This document shows, one piece after another, positions 62,256 to 64,000 of a DNA stretch of 64,000 bases. The stretch comes from a virus, in the IMG/VR virus record IMGVR_UViG_3300021387_000700; one strand, written 5' to 3'. Position numbers and translations under genes: made by a program. The notes below the pieces were generated by a model. That model did no database searches. It worked only from the letters and a program-made list of their open reading frames with translations, and had not been told where the DNA came from. Numbering within the stretch: the stretch's first letter is position 1; each line of letters starts with the position of its first letter.

Positions 62256-62387
62256 ATGGCAAAGTACATCGGTTCATGTTTTAAAGTTATGCACGGAAAC
62301 CCCGACGGGTTCGGCATGTATTACATTCACAGTTCAAAGGCGCGTCAGAATCATTTGAAGCGCAAGTTGTTAAACAAGAAAAAATAA
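62256..62387 (+). CDS. 43-aa basic micro-protein
   Basis: Reads MAKYIGSCFKVMHGNPDGFGMYYIHSSKARQNHLKRKLLNKKK. Confidence 0.3.
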   Translation: MAKYIGSCFKVMHGNPDGFGMYYIHSSKARQNHLKRKLLNKKK

Positions 62388-62394
62388 TGGCATT

Positions 62395-63264
62395 ATGGCA
62401 GAAGAAAAGAAAGCTACGGGATTGAAATTGTTCAATCAAACAATCACCAACCCGTCAACACAAAAGTATCTCTCAGATGTTCTTGGCGAGCGCAAGGGTT
62501 CATTCGTAAATAACCTTACTGCGCTTGTGGCAAACAACGCCATGTTGCAGGATTGCGAGCCTTACACGCTTATGTTTGCGGCTATGAAGGCTACAGCCTT
62601 GAACTTGCCGCTTGACAACTCACTTGGATTTGCATACGTTTTGCCTTACAAGGATAACAAGAAAGGCATTACGGTAGCGCAGTTCCAATTGGGCTACAAG
62701 GGTGTTAAGCAGCTGGCATTGCGAAGCGGTTCGTTCGCTACCATTCCCAACGCCACCGACGTCCGTGAGGGCGAGCTTATCAGCCGCAACCGCTTGACTG
62801 GCGAGTGTAAATTCAACTTCATAGAGGATGCCGATGAGCGCGAATCTAAACCCGTTATAGGATTTGTTTCGTATTTCAAGCTCCTTAACGGCGCAGAATC
62901 CACATTCTACATGTCGCTCAAGGAGATGGAAAAGCACGCCCTGCGTTATTCACAGACCTACCGTTCAAAGGATAGCCGCATCAAGGCTGCATCAAAATGG
63001 ACGACGGACTTTAACGACATGGCCTGCAAGACGGTTGTTAAGCTGAATCTTTCAAAGAACGCCCCGCTATCCGTAGAGATGCAGGATGCCTTGAAAGCAG
63101 ACCAAGCAATCATGTATGAGCGTGACAAGTACGAATACTTGGATAACGAGCAGACGGAGGTCGATATGGCAAAGGCGCAGGCCGTAGCCGAAAAATTCGC
63201 TGGTTTCGATAACGCAGAAGATGTGACCGACCAAGGTGACGGTAATGCTAACGGTAATAAATAA
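62395..63264 (+). CDS. recT: RecT-family single-strand annealing protein
   Basis: Contains LNLPLDNSLGFAYVLPY...AQFQLGYKGVKQLALRSG, with an acidic C-terminus. Confidence 0.8.
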   Translation: MAEEKKATGLKLFNQTITNPSTQKYLSDVLGERKGSFVNNLTALVANNAMLQDCEPYTLMFAAMKATALNLPLDNSLGFAYVLPYKDNKKGITVAQFQLGYKGVKQLALRSGSFATIPNATDVREGELISRNRLTGECKFNFIEDADERESKPVIGFVSYFKLLNGAESTFYMSLKEMEKHALRYSQTYRSKDSRIKAASKWTTDFNDMACKTVVKLNLSKNAPLSVEMQDALKADQAIMYERDKYEYLDNEQTEVDMAKAQAVAEKFAGFDNAEDVTDQGDGNANGNK

Positions 63265-63269
63265 GTGTT

Positions 63270-63482
63270 ATGAGTCACGGATTGGAGATACTACATTCGC
63301 ATAGTGGGCTTGAGCGGGACTTAAAGTTCCCCAAGCACACCGTGCTTATTGATGCAAAATTCGTGCATCTGTTCAACAAAGATGCGGCTATTGCTTTCCG
63401 ATATGGCGGTATTGACTATTTCAAGGTCAATATCCTGCAATTCGTAAGGAACGGAGGCGTATTCAAAAATCTAAATTCATAG
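63270..63482 (+). CDS. small hypothetical protein
   Basis: 70 aa. Confidence 0.4.
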   Translation: MSHGLEILHSHSGLERDLKFPKHTVLIDAKFVHLFNKDAAIAFRYGGIDYFKVNILQFVRNGGVFKNLNS

Positions 63483-63487
63483 TAAAA

Positions 63488-63898
63488 ATGGTAAATAACG
63501 ATTCTAAGCGTTTTCTGTTCGCGGACTGGAATAGTTGGCGGGCTTACATGGAAAAAGCCGTTGTAGGCTTTGCAAAGGGCTTTATTTCTATTCTGTACGC
63601 CATCTTTGTAGGTATCGCAACGCTCTTGTATAACGCTTTCATGGCTTTCAAGGCGTTTGTGGTGAAATATCCCGTTCATTCGCTTGCTGCACTTTGCGTT
63701 ATCCTTTCGGTTGTACTTATGTTCAATTACATTCGTTTCAGCGTGAAGGCGAAAACGGCAGAGGCACAGCGCGACAGCATCGGTTATGAGCTTTACAAGA
63801 TAGAGCAGGCTCTTGGCGGTGATACTATTATCATCGGAGGTAAGACTAAGAAACAGAATTATCAGAAAACAAAACAGAAAGAAGAAAATGAAGACTGA
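63488..63898 (+). CDS. membrane protein
   Basis: 136 aa with two hydrophobic helices and a basic tail. Confidence 0.45.
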   Translation: MVNNDSKRFLFADWNSWRAYMEKAVVGFAKGFISILYAIFVGIATLLYNAFMAFKAFVVKYPVHSLAALCVILSVVLMFNYIRFSVKAKTAEAQRDSIGYELYKIEQALGGDTIIIGGKTKKQNYQKTKQKEENED

Positions 63899-64000
63899 CG
63901 ATAGATTGGAGAAAGTAGGTGGCATCCGAGGCCGTGCCTATGTAATGTTCGGTGGCAAGGTTGCACTTGGCACTTTCAACGACGGGGAGCGTTTCGGCGG
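63888..64000 (+). CDS. hypothetical protein, N-terminal part (runs off the window)
   Basis: ATG at 63888 overlaps the upstream stop. Reads MKTDDRLEKVGGIRGRAYVMFGGKVALGTFNDGERFG. Confidence 0.35.
   Translation, partial: MKTDDRLEKVGGIRGRAYVMFGGKVALGTFNDGERFG

Noticed and set aside
1-64000. Prophage boundaries, att sites, tRNA integration targets, CRISPR arrays, toxin-antitoxin or known defence systems.
   Set aside because: No host-type genes, tyrosine or large serine integrase, tRNA-like T-arm sequence or spacer-repeat arrays were seen anywhere in the window. I cannot say from this sequence whether the phage is temperate.

Overview
The whole 64-kb window is tailed-phage DNA, siphovirus-like, either a free genome or the interior of a prophage. 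I saw no host housekeeping genes, tRNA, rRNA or CRISPR arrays. TAnnTTTG(CA) boxes recur 20-55 nt upstream of operon starts, which suggests a Bacteroidota host.

Layout:
(i) 1-19.9 kb, minus strand: TerL, portal and a lysis cassette (membrane protein, PG-binding amidase endolysin, spanin-like lipoprotein with a C-terminal TMD). These are followed by a 1263-aa Tal-like hub and Ig/collagen-like fibre proteins. The block ends in a complete diversity-generating retroelement: a DUF1566/C-type-lectin-like target carrying VR 2567-2670, Avd, TR 1716-1819 and RT 347-1624. All 9 TR/VR mismatches lie at TR adenines.
(ii) 20.0-33.8 kb, plus strand: scaffold, capsid, connectors, tail tube, a tail chaperone with a T7 -1 slippery site, a 2163-aa tape measure and a Dit-like protein.
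(iii) 33.9-44.5 kb, minus strand, early/replication operon: AEP primase-polymerase fused to a helicase, two PF01555-type DNA methyltransferases (one interrupted at a G10 tract), a MazG-like protein, DUF3127 and a second SSB-like protein.
(iv) 44.6-47.0 kb: a 2.4-kb gene-free, AT-rich control/origin-like region with three TTGTGT-N4-ACACAA palindromes and several repeat families.
(v) 47.0-64 kb, plus strand, early genes: a MoxR-like AAA+ ATPase with a partner protein, many small ORFs, a small serine recombinase and an AT-rich AP2-type gene. Next comes a ~0.5-kb promoter-driven non-coding structured region, then two RNase HI paralogs, GNAT, SSB, a DUF4406-like protein, a YqaJ-like exonuclease and RecT.

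All functional calls rest on motif recognition by eye and gene order; none has been verified by a search. Coordinates of features found by eye were calibrated against ORF-track anchors but may be off by 1-2 nt.
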